Source: a virus
Taxonomy: Duplodnaviria; Heunggongvirae; Uroviricota; Caudoviricetes
Virus record (IMG/VR): IMGVR_UViG_2563366799_000007
Reading direction: 5' to 3' (one strand)
Length of the DNA: 15,679 nucleotides
A model generated the notes under the pieces. The model was given only the letters and a program-made list of their open reading frames with translations, ran no database searches and was not told the origin of the DNA. This document shows positions 1 to 10,229 of this stretch, piece by piece. A program made the translations under genes and the position numbers. How positions within the stretch are numbered: position 1 is the first letter of the stretch; each line of letters opens with the position of its first letter.

Positions 1-1284
1 TTACAGACTTCTGGAAGGTTGCGCAGCTCTTACAACACGCGGTTGATCTTCCGCAGCGTCTTCCAGCGCACTTAAATCACGGTCTTTCACCTCTGGCATT
101 TTCAGCGCAGAGATTAAACCAATCACTGAATATGCCATGATCATAATGGCGATCGGATACCAGGATTCCGTCATGGTGCAGAAAATACCCGCCAGGATAG
201 GACCAAAACCGGAAGCGATAAGACCACCAATTTCTTTAGAAATAGCCATCCGGGTAAAGCGGTTTTTACAGCCGAACATTTCTGCCATGGTAATGTTTTC
301 CAGAGCAAATAATCCCAGCACCGCACAGTTATGAATCACAATCAGTGCAACCATAATGGTGCTCGGGGCATAGCTTTTATCTACAATGATAGAAAGCATT
401 GGCCATGCCAGCACAATCGCGGAGGTATTCATAATAATATACGGGATCCGGCGACCAATTTTATCGGATAACCAACCAAGGAACGGAATGGTCATAAAGC
501 CGAGAATCGAACTGATCATCAATGCATCTGTTGGAATTGCTTTGTTAAACAATAACGTCTGCACTAAATAGCCTGCAAGGAAAGTCTGAATTAACCCGGA
601 GTTACCCGCCTGACCAAAACGCAGCCCTGTTGCCAGCCAGAAGGATTTGCTCTGGAACATGCTACCAGCAGGTGCAGGTTTTGCTGTCGGTTGGTTACTG
701 TCGTTAACCTTCTCAAAGACCGGGCTTTCTTTCAGATTCATACGCAACCAGATAGCAAAGACCATCACGACAACGCTCGCCAGGAACGGTATACGCCATC
801 CCCACGCCAGCAGTTCCTCTTTACTGAGAATGAAGAACATAAAGGCCCAGATTGCCGTTGCGCTCAAGGTTCCGCAGTTAGTTCCCATAGCCACAAATGA
901 GGAGATAATTCCGCGCTTACCTTTTGGCGCATATTCCGCCAGCATCGTACCGGCACCGGAAATTTCCGCACCTGCACCCAACCCCTGAATAATACGCAAC
1001 GTCACCAGCAAGATGGGTGCAAAAACACCAATCTGTGCATAGGTCGGTAACACACCAATTAAGGTGGTACAGATCCCCATCATGGTGATGGTAATAAAGA
1101 GCACTTTTTTACGCCCTATTCTGTCGCCCATTTTGCCGAAAATAAATGCTCCGACAATACGCGCCACATAACCTGCACCGTAGATTCCCATTGCCAGAAT
1201 TAACGCCATTGCCGTTGATGATTCAGGAAAAAATATTTCATGAAACACTAACGCTGCGCCGAGCGAATATAACTGGAAATCCAT
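1..1284 (-). CDS. ydfJ: MFS transporter (metabolite:H+ symporter family), 427 codons; probably the 3' portion of a gene split by prophage insertion
   Basis: Track ORF with 12-TM-like hydrophobic profile and MFS motifs (GKMGDRIGRKK, WGWRIPF). The ORF starts inside the region that aligns with the middle of TM1 of paralogues ShiA/ProP (DFxxY...FFP), and a TGA lies two codons upstream in frame. Confidence 0.85.
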   Translation of the reverse strand: MDFQLYSLGAALVFHEIFFPESSTAMALILAMGIYGAGYVARIVGAFIFGKMGDRIGRKKVLFITITMMGICTTLIGVLPTYAQIGVFAPILLVTLRIIQGLGAGAEISGAGTMLAEYAPKGKRGIISSFVAMGTNCGTLSATAIWAFMFFILSKEELLAWGWRIPFLASVVVMVFAIWLRMNLKESPVFEKVNDSNQPTAKPAPAGSMFQSKSFWLATGLRFGQAGNSGLIQTFLAGYLVQTLLFNKAIPTDALMISSILGFMTIPFLGWLSDKIGRRIPYIIMNTSAIVLAWPMLSIIVDKSYAPSTIMVALIVIHNCAVLGLFALENITMAEMFGCKNRFTRMAISKEIGGLIASGFGPILAGIFCTMTESWYPIAIMIMAYSVIGLISALKMPEVKDRDLSALEDAAEDQPRVVRAAQPSRSL

Positions 1285-1654
1285 AATTCACAGGTGTTTT
1301 TTCCCATCCTGTGGTTTCCTTGGCGTTTTCTAGGTTTTTTCAGATAGTTGCATTTTTTTAAAAGCATCCTAAGTTCGATCTCAGTGTCTATCTGGGGCCT
1401 ATTTCTGTCCCATATATGCCCCAAAAAACTCCCCAACAGATAAGTAGTTTTTTCATGGATTTACGCGTAAAATCAATAACGGCTGGAAATCATTCAATAC
1501 TCGCACTATCGAAAAATTTACCAGCCAACCGCAGCACGTTCTTGCATAAGGCGTGTCTGCGGTTTTTCAACTATTCAGATACATCACTCCCATCACATTC
1601 ATTCCTCCGCATCAAAGGCATATAGGCTATATCACCTTGATATTTTTCTTCTTC

Positions 1655-1846
1655 AGATAAAAATTGTTATCTATGTATACTTTTAAACCCAATCCGTGTA
1701 GAGTCTCTGCATAAGATAGTTTGCAGTTGCCACTTCAGATTGCGCCATAAACCGCCTGATTTTTGCCGCCACCTGTTAGCATTCCTGTATACCTGAAACG
1801 ACAATGTTTATCTACGAACTTTAAGAACACCCAAGATAAAAATTGT
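1655..1846. repeat. Two exact copies of the 13-mer AGATAAAAATTGT (1655-1667 and 1834-1846), each followed 3 nt later by CTAT, in the AT-rich region between the prophage junction and ydfK
   Basis: Read directly from the sequence; copies are 179 bp apart in the same orientation. Function unknown; possible protein-binding sites. Confidence 0.4.
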
Positions 1847-1886
1847 CAACTATATCATATATAACACATTACTAATTCGAGGCTAT

Positions 1887-2000
1887 ATGAACAGCATACT
1901 GATAATCACTTCTCTCCTTATCATATTCAGCATTTTTAGTCATGCCCTAATAAAATTAGGGATTGGCATATCCAATAACCCAGACAAAACCGATGTATAA
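1887..2000 (+). CDS. Candidate small membrane protein, 37 aa ([37 protein letters not shown])
   Basis: ATG at 1887 with GAGG 4 nt upstream; hydrophobic helix then polar tail. AT-rich context makes a chance ORF plausible. Confidence 0.2.
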
Positions 2001-2068
2001 GTCAACATATCCTGAATCAGACATACAATATCGCAATGAAAATCAATAATATTTTAAGGAATATCTTC

Positions 2069-2302
2069 ATGAAATCAAAAGACACCCTAAAGTGGTTCCC
2101 TGCGCAGCTTCCTGAAGTAAGAATTATCCTAGGGGATGCTGTAGTGGAAGTAGCAAAACAGGGAAGACCTATCAATACCAGAACATTGCTTGATTACATT
2201 GAAGGAAACATAAAGAAAAAATCATGGCTGGATAACAAAGAATTATTACAAACAGCGATATCAGTTCTTAAAGACAACCAAAATTTAAATGGTAAAATGT
2301 AA
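2069..2302 (+). CDS. ydfK: Qin-type prophage small protein YdfK (77 aa, cold-shock inducible in K-12 as I recall)
   Basis: Track ORF 2036-2302; the internal ATG at 2069 has AAGGA 9 nt upstream and gives the 77-aa product MKSKDTLKWFPAQLPEV... Confidence 0.8.
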   Translation: MKSKDTLKWFPAQLPEVRIILGDAVVEVAKQGRPINTRTLLDYIEGNIKKKSWLDNKELLQTAISVLKDNQNLNGKM

Positions 2303-2618
2303 TATAACAAACTTACTTTTTTATCATTTTTCCACTTTAACAACATTTTGCTCCACTTTTCCACGACCAAACAAATTGAAATCTGGTTAAAATAACACGC
2401 AACACTATTCTTCTTCCTTGAGTCTGCCCGGAACTCGAAAAACAAACCGAGTTAAAGCCATTTTTCACAAAATCGATTTTGGGTCTCACCAAAATTACGG
2501 GGTTGCATACGCATTCGTTTATTTTCGAACGTGTACATACAAATATGCACAAAAATAATCAAAATTATTTTCTGAGATGCATTATGATATGAACACCAAT
2601 TTCGTATAGAGTCTCACT

Positions 2619-3209
2619 ATGTCTCGAATTTTTGCTTACTGTCGGATATCAACGCTGGATCAGACCACCGAAAATCAACGCCGGGAAATCGAAAGTGCAG
2701 GTTTTAAAATCAAACCTCAGCAAATAATCGAAGAACACATTAGCAGCTCAGCAGCAACCAGTGAGCGTCCTGGTTTTAACCGGTTGCTTGCTCGCCTGAA
2801 ATGTGGTGATCAATTGATTGTGACAAAACTGGATCGCCTTGGTTGTAATGCAATGGATATCAGGAAAACAGTGGAACAACTGACCGAAACAGGTATCAGA
2901 GTGCATTGCTTAGCATTGGGGGGCATTGACCTGACCAGTCCAACAGGAAAAATGATGATGCACGTAATTTCAGCAGTCGCTGAATTTGAACGAGACCTTT
3001 TACTTGAACGCACTCATTCCGGGATAGTAAGAGCCCGCGGCGCAGGGAAACGTTTTGGTCGACCACCTGTGTTAAATGAAGAACAGAAACAGGTGGTATT
3101 CGAACGAATTAAGTCAGGTGTAAGTATAAGTGCCATTGCCCGGGAATTCAAAACCTCGCGGCAAACCATTTTAAGAGCCAAAGCAAAACTTCAGACACCT
3201 GACATATAA
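2619..3209 (+). CDS. pinQ: Serine recombinase / DNA invertase of the Gin/Hin/Pin family (196 aa)
   Basis: N-terminal catalytic motif YCRISTLDQ with the active-site serine, resolvase catalytic domain and C-terminal HTH ([20 protein letters not shown]). Confidence 0.93.
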   Translation: MSRIFAYCRISTLDQTTENQRREIESAGFKIKPQQIIEEHISSSAATSERPGFNRLLARLKCGDQLIVTKLDRLGCNAMDIRKTVEQLTETGIRVHCLALGGIDLTSPTGKMMMHVISAVAEFERDLLLERTHSGIVRARGAGKRFGRPPVLNEEQKQVVFERIKSGVSISAIAREFKTSRQTILRAKAKLQTPDI

Positions 3210-3306
3210 AAAATAATCTCGGTGTGAGATGCTTTACGTCTTCCAAGCCCCCTTCCTTGCCGTAAATGGAAAGATACATCTAATTATAGAATTTATATGT
3301 TTTACC

Positions 3307-3882
3307 CTACGGCAGTGCTGGCCATTCAATATCCTGTGCAGTTGATGTATCAACACGGTTCAGCAACACCCGATACTTTTTCCAGGCTTCCAGCAATGAG
3401 GTTTCTTCCTCCGTTGCGATTTCCAGATCTACAGCATCCTGAAGTGGCGCTATATGCTCACTGGCTACCTGCATCAGGCTGTTTTTTGTTTCTTCCGCCT
3501 CCCGGATCCGGAACAGTTTTTCTGCTTCCGTATCCTTCACCCAGACTGTACCGTTCCACTTCTGAAACTCCCCTTCCGGCGATAACCAGGTAACATTTTC
3601 CGGTAACGGACCGAGTTCAGAAATAAATAACGCGTCGCCGGAAGCCACGTCATAAACCATTTTACCCCGATGATCTTCAACGAGATGCCACGATGACTCA
3701 TCACTGTTGAAAACAGCCACGAAGCCAGCCGGAATATCTGGCGGTGCAATATCGGTACTGTTTGCTGGCAGACCTGTATGAGGCGGAATATATGCATCAC
3801 CTTCACCAATAAATTCATTAGTTCCGGCCAGCAGATTATAAATTTTTATGGTCCGTGGTTGTTCACTCATTCTGAATGCCAT
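3307..3882 (-). CDS. tfaQ: Tail fibre assembly protein (191 aa)
   Basis: Full track ORF; its start ATG overlaps the stop of the upstream tail-fibre frame by one nucleotide (TAATG), the usual stf-tfa arrangement. Confidence 0.9.
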   Translation of the reverse strand: MAFRMSEQPRTIKIYNLLAGTNEFIGEGDAYIPPHTGLPANSTDIAPPDIPAGFVAVFNSDESSWHLVEDHRGKMVYDVASGDALFISELGPLPENVTWLSPEGEFQKWNGTVWVKDTEAEKLFRIREAEETKNSLMQVASEHIAPLQDAVDLEIATEEETSLLEAWKKYRVLLNRVDTSTAQDIEWPALP

Positions 3883-4105
3883 TATGCAAGCCTCACAATA
3901 TAGTTAAATGCGATGTTTTTGACGGTGTTTTCCGCGTTACCAGCAGCGTTAACGGTGATGGTGTGTCCATGTGAACCAATCGCAACGGAGTGCGTATGAG
4001 CACCAATACCCACAGTATGTGCGTGTGCACCTGCGCTTGCAGCAGTACCCGATACAGAGTGCGTATGAGCGCCTGCAGAAGAAGTGTTAACACTGTATTT
4101 AGAAT
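3882..4105 (-). pseudogene. stfQ: 3' fragment of a side tail fibre gene (about 70 codons, no start codon)
   Basis: Hand translation of the minus strand gives ...[74 protein letters not shown], the His-rich C-terminal repeat typical of lambdoid side tail fibres. The long track ORF reads this region in the wrong frame. Confidence 0.7.
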
Positions 4106-5272
4106 AACGGGCGCTGAATAATGCTCTTTCCGCTCTGCCATCACTTCAGCATCCGGACGTTCACCGATTTTCGCTTCCCACGTCTCACCGAGCGTGGTGT
4201 TCACGAAGGTTTTACGTTTTCCCGTATCCCCTTTCGTCTTCATCCAGTCTTTGACAATCTGCACCCAGGTGGTGAACGGGCTGTACGCCGTCCAGATGTG
4301 AAAGGTCACGCTGTCAGGCGGTTCAATCTCTTCACCGGATGACGAAAACCAGAGAATGCCATCACGGGTCCAGATCCCGGTCTTTTCGCAGATATAACGG
4401 GCATCAGTGAAGTCCAGCTCCTGCTGACGGATGACGCAGGCGTTATGCTCGCAGAGATAAAACACGCTGGAGGGGTCATCCGGCGTCCATTTGAGGCCAA
4501 ACGGCGTCTCTTTATCGCCAAATTTAAGGTACTGCTCCTCCCCGCAGTGCGGGCAGGCAACATGAAAACGCATAAAATGCGGGGATTCACTGGCTGCACG
4601 CTCAATCTGGCAGGTGCCTCTCACTTTGGGCGTGGAGCCACGGATGGACTTTGGCCAGACCGAGCCTTCAATACGTTTGTCGCCAAGGAACGTCGGAGAG
4701 CCTTCCTGTTCAATATCCTCATCAAAGGCAGCAAGTTCATCATAACCCGCCACATCCACCGACTTTTCACGGTAGTTTTTTGCCGCTTTACCGCCCAGGC
4801 ACCAGAAGCCACGACCATTGGAAAAACGCTTCATGGTGAGCGTGTTATCCCGGTGCTTTTTGCCATACCACGGAGCCAGCGCCAGCAGCGACGGAATATC
4901 GCGGATGGTCGGCTCAACGTGGGTTTTCATAAAGTTCTCGGCATCACCATCCGTCGGCAACCAGATAAGGGTGTTGCGCTGCTTATGCTCTATGAAGTAG
5001 GCATAAACACCCAGCAGCATTTTGGAATAACCAACACGGGCAGACTTCACCACATTCACCTCGCGGACGTAGTCACTGCCCATCGCATTCATGATGGCCC
5101 GCTGAAAGGGCAGTGTTTCCCAGCGCCCTTCCTGGTATGCGGATTCTTTCGGGAGATAGTAATTGGCATCCGCCCATTCAACGGCGGTCTGTGGCTCCGG
5201 CCGGAACAGTGAGCGAAGCCCGGCGCGGACAAAATGCCGCAGCCTGTTAACCTGACTGTTCGATATATTCAC
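4106..5272 (-). pseudogene. 5' fragment of a lambda gpA-type terminase large subunit (first ~389 codons); track ORF 3893-5272 continues out of frame into the tail fibre remnant
   Basis: Translation starts MNISNSQVNRLRHFVRAGLRSLFRPEPQTAVEWADANYYLPKE... and matches lambda gpA as I recall it up to ...[11 protein letters not shown]; after that the track ORF gives low-complexity text ([20 protein letters not shown]...). Confidence 0.88.
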
Positions 5273-5792
5273 TCAGCAACCCCGGTATCAGTTCATCCAG
5301 CGCGGCTGCTTTGTTCATGGCTTTGATGATATCCCGTTTCAGGAAATCAACATGTCGGTTTTCCAGTTCCGGAAAACGCCGCTGCACCGACAGGGGGATC
5401 CCGTCGAGAATACTGGCAATTTCACCTGCGATCCGCGACAGCACGAAAGTACAGAATGCGGTTTCCACCACTTCAGCGGAGTCTCTGGCATTCTTCAGTT
5501 CCTGTGCGTCGGCCTACGCACGCGTAAGTCGATGGCGTTCGTACTCAATAGTCCCTGGCTGGAGATCTGCCTCGCTGGCCTGCCGCAGTTCTTCAACTTC
5601 CCGGCGCAGCTTTTCGTTCTCAATTTCAGCATCCCTTTCGGCATACCATCTTATAACGGCGGCAGAGTCATAAAGCACCTCATTACCCTTGCCACCGCCT
5701 CGCAGAACGGGCATTCCCTGTTCCTGCCAGTTCTGAATGGTACGGATACTCGCACCGAAAATGTCAGCCAGCTGCTTTTTGTTGACTTCCAT
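5247..5792 (-). pseudogene. nohQ: Lambda Nu1-type terminase small subunit, interrupted by an in-frame TAG at 5514-5516
   Basis: Track ORFs 5514-5792 (MEVNKKQLADIFGASIRTIQNWQEQGMPVLRGGGKG..., winged-HTH) and 5247-5471 (VETAFCTFVLSRIAGEIA...) are in the same frame and together span a full Nu1. The stop sits where lambda has CAG, so it is a single C-to-T change (RA*ADAQELKNARD). Its end overlaps the gpA start as in lambda. Confidence 0.85.
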
Positions 5793-5794
5793 TG

Positions 5795-6060
5795 TTCATT
5801 CCACGGCCAAAAACAGAGAAAGGAAACGACAGAGGCCCAAAAGCTCGTTTTCAGCACCTGTCGTTTCCTTTCTTTTCAGGGGGTATTTTAAATAAAAACA
5901 TTAAGTTACAACGAAGAAGAACGGAAACGCCTTAAACCGGAAAATTTTCATAAATAGCGAAAACCCGCGAGGTCGCCGCCCCGTAACCTGTCGGATCGCC
6001 GGAAAGGACCCGCAAAATGATAATAATTATCATCTGCATGTCACAACGTGCATCTACGCC
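5795..6060 (-). other. Phage cohesive-end site (cosQ-cosN-cosB) of lambda type
   Basis: Minus strand reads ...CGACAGGTTACG GGGCGGCGACCT CGCGGGTTTTCGCTATTTATGAAAATTTTCCGG..., essentially the lambda right-end/left-end junction, about 180 bp upstream of the Nu1 start. Inverted 15-mers GAAAGGAAACGACAG (5818-5832) and CTGTCGTTTCCTTTC (5858-5872) resemble Nu1-binding R elements. Confidence 0.85.
5970..5981 (-). other. cosN 12-nt cohesive-end sequence (GGGCGGCGACCT on the minus strand)
   Basis: Exact match to the lambda cohesive-end sequence as I recall it. Confidence 0.8.
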
Positions 6061-6180
6061 ATCAAACCACGTCAAATAATCAATTATGACGCAGATATCG
6101 TATTAATTGATCTGCATCAACTTAACGTAAAAACAACTTCAGACAATACAAATCAGCGACACTGAATACGGGACAACCTC

Positions 6181-6414
6181 ATGTCAACGAAGAACAGAAC
6201 CCGCAGAACAACAACCCGCAACATCCGCTTTCCTAACCAAATGATTGAACAAATTAACATCGCTCTTGAGCAAAAAGGGTCCGGGAATTTCTCAGCCTGG
6301 GTCATTGAAGCCTGCCGCCGGAGACTGTGCTCAGAAAAAAGAGTTTCTTCTGAAGCAAACAAAGAAAAGAGTGACATTACTGAATTGCTCAGAAAACAGG
6401 TCAGACCAGATTGA
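6181..6414 (+). CDS. ynfO: Small basic protein, 77 aa, with a predicted ribbon-helix-helix DNA-binding fold
   Basis: Track ORF; RNIRFPNQMIEQINIALEQKG...NFSAWVIEACRRRL fits a beta-strand/helix/helix pattern. Fold assignment is inference. Confidence 0.6.
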   Translation: MSTKNRTRRTTTRNIRFPNQMIEQINIALEQKGSGNFSAWVIEACRRRLCSEKRVSSEANKEKSDITELLRKQVRPD

Positions 6415-6471
6415 AGCAATTTAGATAATCGTGCAGACTACGCCCCCTCATATCACATGGAAGGTTTATCT

Positions 6472-6882
6472 ATGGATCAGGTAGTCATTTTTAAACAAAT
6501 ATTTGATAAAGTTCGAAACGATTTAAACTATCAATGGTTTTATTCTGAGCTAAAACGTCACAATGTCTCACATTACATTTACTATTTAGCCACAGAGAAT
6601 GTTCATATTGTATTAAAAAATGATAATACAGTGTTATTAAAGGGCCTAAAAAACATTGTGTCTGTCAAATTTTCAAAGGATAGGCATCTTATAGAAACGA
6701 CCTCTAATAAGCTGAAATCCAGAGAGATCACATTTCAGGAATACAGAAGAAACCTTGCTAAAGCAGGAGTTTTTCGGTGGGTTACAAATATCCACGAACA
6801 AAAAAGATATTACTATACCTTTGATAATTCATTACTATTTACTGAAAGCATCCAGAAAACTACACAGATCTTACCACGCTAA
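6472..6882 (+). CDS. ydfO: Prophage hypothetical protein (136 aa from the ATG at 6472; track ORF starts at 6457)
   Basis: Track ORF; the second ATG has GGAAGG about 7 nt upstream, the first has no ribosome-binding site. Confidence 0.6.
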
Positions 6883-6890
6883 ACCATAAC

Positions 6891-6919
6891 GTCCGGCTTC
6901 TCTCACTCCTGAGCCGGAC
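6891..6919 (+). terminator. 8-bp stem-loop (GTCCGGCT...AGCCGGAC) just after ydfO; weak T tract, so uncertain as an intrinsic terminator
   Basis: Inverted repeat read from the sequence, 9 nt after the ydfO stop. Confidence 0.3.
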
Positions 6920-6982
6920 TGCATTGGTTTAATAAAAACCATCAACAATTGTGATTTAGATATTCGGAACCATTCAAATATA

Positions 6983-7004
6983 ACAAAACCCCGTAAAAAC
7001 GAGG
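6983..7004 (-). terminator. Putative intrinsic terminator downstream of gnsB
   Basis: Minus-strand hairpin CCUCG-UUUUUA-CGGGG followed by UUUUGUUAUAUUU, about 30 nt past the gnsB stop. Confidence 0.45.
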
Positions 7005-7033
7005 TTTATGGATAAATTTTATTATTGAATACA

Positions 7034-7207
7034 TCAGATTAAATTAATCTTGACATCATAGCTTTCAAGACCCGTCATTTTTTCCCGTGCGGTAAACTGA
7101 ATACTGGTAACTTCTTTCCCGGTCTTTTTCTTAAGTTCAATAATTTTTTTTGTTATATATTCAGAAATATCTGCTTCTGCTTTTGTTTTTAAGTTTTCAA
7201 TATTCAT
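7034..7207 (-). CDS. gnsB: GnsB-type small protein (57 aa); too short for the ORF track
   Basis: Hand translation gives MNIENLKTKAEADISEYITKKIIELKKKTGKEVTSIQFTAREKMTGLESYDVKINLI; AGAGGA lies upstream of the start. Confidence 0.85.
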   Translation of the reverse strand: MNIENLKTKAEADISEYITKKIIELKKKTGKEVTSIQFTAREKMTGLESYDVKINLI

Positions 7208-7378
7208 CATTTCCTCTTTTAGTCTGTTATGACTTTCCAGTTACACAGTAAGTCGATTATATGGTGCAAACGTGTAAAAGATAAGATGAAACATCGCAAT
7301 AATCAACATACGATAGTCTAAATTTTACACAAACAGACAAAGAGAATTTTCCTGAATTATCAATGCAATAGCATCAAA

Positions 7379-7609
7379 TCAACTCAAGAGCCTTATTGCT
7401 GCTTCCAGAATTTCTTCTGAAGTAACATGTCGATCCGCGGCTACATAAATGACTTTATGATCTCCGGTCAGAGATGGAAACCCTGCGGCCATTACAGTAA
7501 GGTGTGTTTTTTCGCCATTTGGATATTCACGCATGATGGTGTTAACTCCAGTCATCGCTGGCACTACCACTGCTGGTTCAGAGTTAAAAAAAACTATGAT
7601 TTTTTTCAT
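7379..7609 (-). CDS. ynfN: Prophage small protein YnfN-like (76 aa from MKKIIVFF...; track ORF runs to 7651)
   Basis: Track ORF; start choice is uncertain because a hairpin at 7660-7673 lies inside the longer version. Confidence 0.6.
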   Translation of the reverse strand: MKKIIVFFNSEPAVVVPAMTGVNTIMREYPNGEKTHLTVMAAGFPSLTGDHKVIYVAADRHVTSEEILEAAIRLLS

Positions 7610-7652
7610 GATGTTACCGTAGTATGTGAGTATCCATCGAATAGACACCAAG

Positions 7653-7673
7653 CCAAAAAGCTCCCGAAGGAGC
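7653..7673 (-). terminator. GC hairpin GCUCC-UUCG-GGAGC followed by UUUUUGG on the minus strand
   Basis: Read from the sequence; lies between cspI and ynfN. Confidence 0.5.
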
Positions 7674-7880
7674 CTTCATTTTCACTTTTTTAAATCCAAC
7701 GACAGACGGCTGGCATTTAAGTATTGTGAAATATTATCAAATGTAATCATCATTGATTTACAAAAGATACATTTTGCCCCGAAAGGATTCATGTCAGAAA
7801 CATCAAAAGATGATGTTCTATACTGGGAACCATGACAACACGGGCATCTAAAGTGAATATGGTTTGTAATATTGTCTACC

Positions 7881-8093
7881 TCAAAGCGCCACTACATGAA
7901 CAGCGGCAGGACCTTTAGGTCCGTTCTCAATACCAAATTCAACTTCCTGATTCTCAGTTAATGTTTTGAAATCGTTGCTCTGAATTGCTGAGAAATGGAC
8001 AAACACATCTTTGCTGCCATCTTTCGGCGTGATGAAACCAAAACCTTTTTCAGGGTTAAACCATTTTACTAAACCAGTCATTTTGTTAGACAT
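7881..8093 (-). CDS. cspI: CspA-family cold shock protein (70 aa)
   Basis: Cold-shock domain with RNP1 motif KGFGFI and RNP2 VFVHF. Confidence 0.95.
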   Translation of the reverse strand: MSNKMTGLVKWFNPEKGFGFITPKDGSKDVFVHFSAIQSNDFKTLTENQEVEFGIENGPKGPAAVHVVAL

Positions 8094-8455
8094 AATTATT
8101 ACCTTTTGAAGAAATTAGCCCTTGGGCAGAATGGTCCGAAAAAAAATATCAGAGAGAAAAACCAACAAGGAAATCTCAAGAGGTACAAATAATAAAATTA
8201 TAACAATGACTGCTTCAGATAAATTTGTAACAAACCAGAACACCATTAACGCATGATTAACCACCCATAGCAAGGATTACTTTTGTAAAGAAAAACACAG
8301 CAATGAAAGAATAGCTTTATTTATTAATAAAACGTGTCATTCTGATTAAGACCTTTTATCTTACCCTTAAGATTTCAGGAATTTTGGCTCATGGAAGAGT
8401 CCTTTTTATTTAAATTTTACATTCCGCGATGTAAATGTTCCGATTTAATATTACC

Positions 8456-9483
<1,028 letters not shown>

Positions 9484-9794
9484 AGATATTTATGATGAGG
9501 ACGCTCGTGCTTATTGGCAGGATTTTCAATCTTAAAGGAGTACTGATGCTGCAGATAAGACTCAACTTTTCTGACAATTTTTCTGCTACTTCCAGGAAGA
9601 CTTGCCGGACGCTCATTCTGGCTGCTGCCTCATAAAACTCCAGCGTAGCTCCTTCAACACGGTCCATGGCGACATCCAGGCCAAAAATTTCACCGTCAAA
9701 GCGTTCTTTGTCCTGTAAGGCTACAGTTACCGTAACTTTATTCTCAAAATTACGGACTCCTTTCACAACCAGTTCATAGCCTTGAGTCATTGGA

Positions 9795-10010
9795 TTATTC
9801 TCCTCTCGCAGCCTTACGCCTGTCTTCTTTAATCTTGAAATAAAGATTTGTCAGATACGTCAGCAGGCCAAAAACCAGGCTACCCAGCACACCGATTGCA
9901 GCCCACTGTGACGGAGTTACTTTATCGAGTAACTGCAATGCCCAGAAACCAGCATTACCCGCCGATGTGCCATAGGCAACACCTGTTGTTAACTTATCCA
10001 TTGATTTCAT
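9795..10010 (-). CDS. essQ: Class II holin / pinholin of phage-21 S type (71 aa) with dual-start motif M-K-S-M
   Basis: [71 protein letters not shown]: two TM segments and a charged C-terminus; Met1 and Met4 fit the holin/antiholin start pair. The track ORF (to 10085) has an unsupported N-terminal extension. Confidence 0.9.
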   Translation of the reverse strand: MKSMDKLTTGVAYGTSAGNAGFWALQLLDKVTPSQWAAIGVLGSLVFGLLTYLTNLYFKIKEDRRKAARGE

Positions 10011-10229
10011 ATCCTCACCCCGATGTACACGGATGGTGCAATATGTTTGAAAAGATCGGAGTCTACGGGGTAGTTTTGACAGCACACGCTGTTCTCAACG
10101 GCGCTAAAGAAACATACACATTAAAAATGTGAGTAATTATTTTGAAAGAAAGTCATATATAAAATAATAATACGAGAAATGTTTTCATATTTAGTGTACT
10201 GTATACGGCCATTTATACAGGAAAAGCCT

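Noticed and set aside
137-988. Four plus-strand ORFs (65 to 113 aa) inside ydfJ
   Set aside because: Antisense to a well-supported transporter gene.
1416-1625. 69-aa plus-strand ORF in the AT-rich junction region
   Set aside because: No ribosome-binding site and no recognisable fold or motif.
2437-2460. Sequence resembling half of a gix/hix recombination site (AAACCGAG) upstream of pinQ
   Set aside because: Only one half-site and the core match; the other half is unrelated and no inverted partner was found.
2194-2552. Two minus-strand ORFs (83 and 71 aa) between ydfK and pinQ
   Set aside because: They overlap the ydfK 3' end and the pinQ promoter region; no ribosome-binding sites, low-complexity sequence.
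4445-5212. 255-aa plus-strand ORF and several shorter ORFs (4121-4342, 4306-4605, 4621-4818, 4651-4839, 4818-5000)
   Set aside because: All lie inside or antisense to the terminase large subunit fragment, whose frame is supported by strong homology; they are shadow ORFs.
5311-5891. 120-aa and 179-aa plus-strand ORFs and a 68-aa minus-strand ORF over Nu1 and cosB
   Set aside because: Antisense or alternative frames of the Nu1 gene and the cos region; low-complexity translations and no ribosome-binding sites.
6153-6419. 88-aa minus-strand ORF
   Set aside because: Fully antisense to ynfO, which has the more protein-like sequence.
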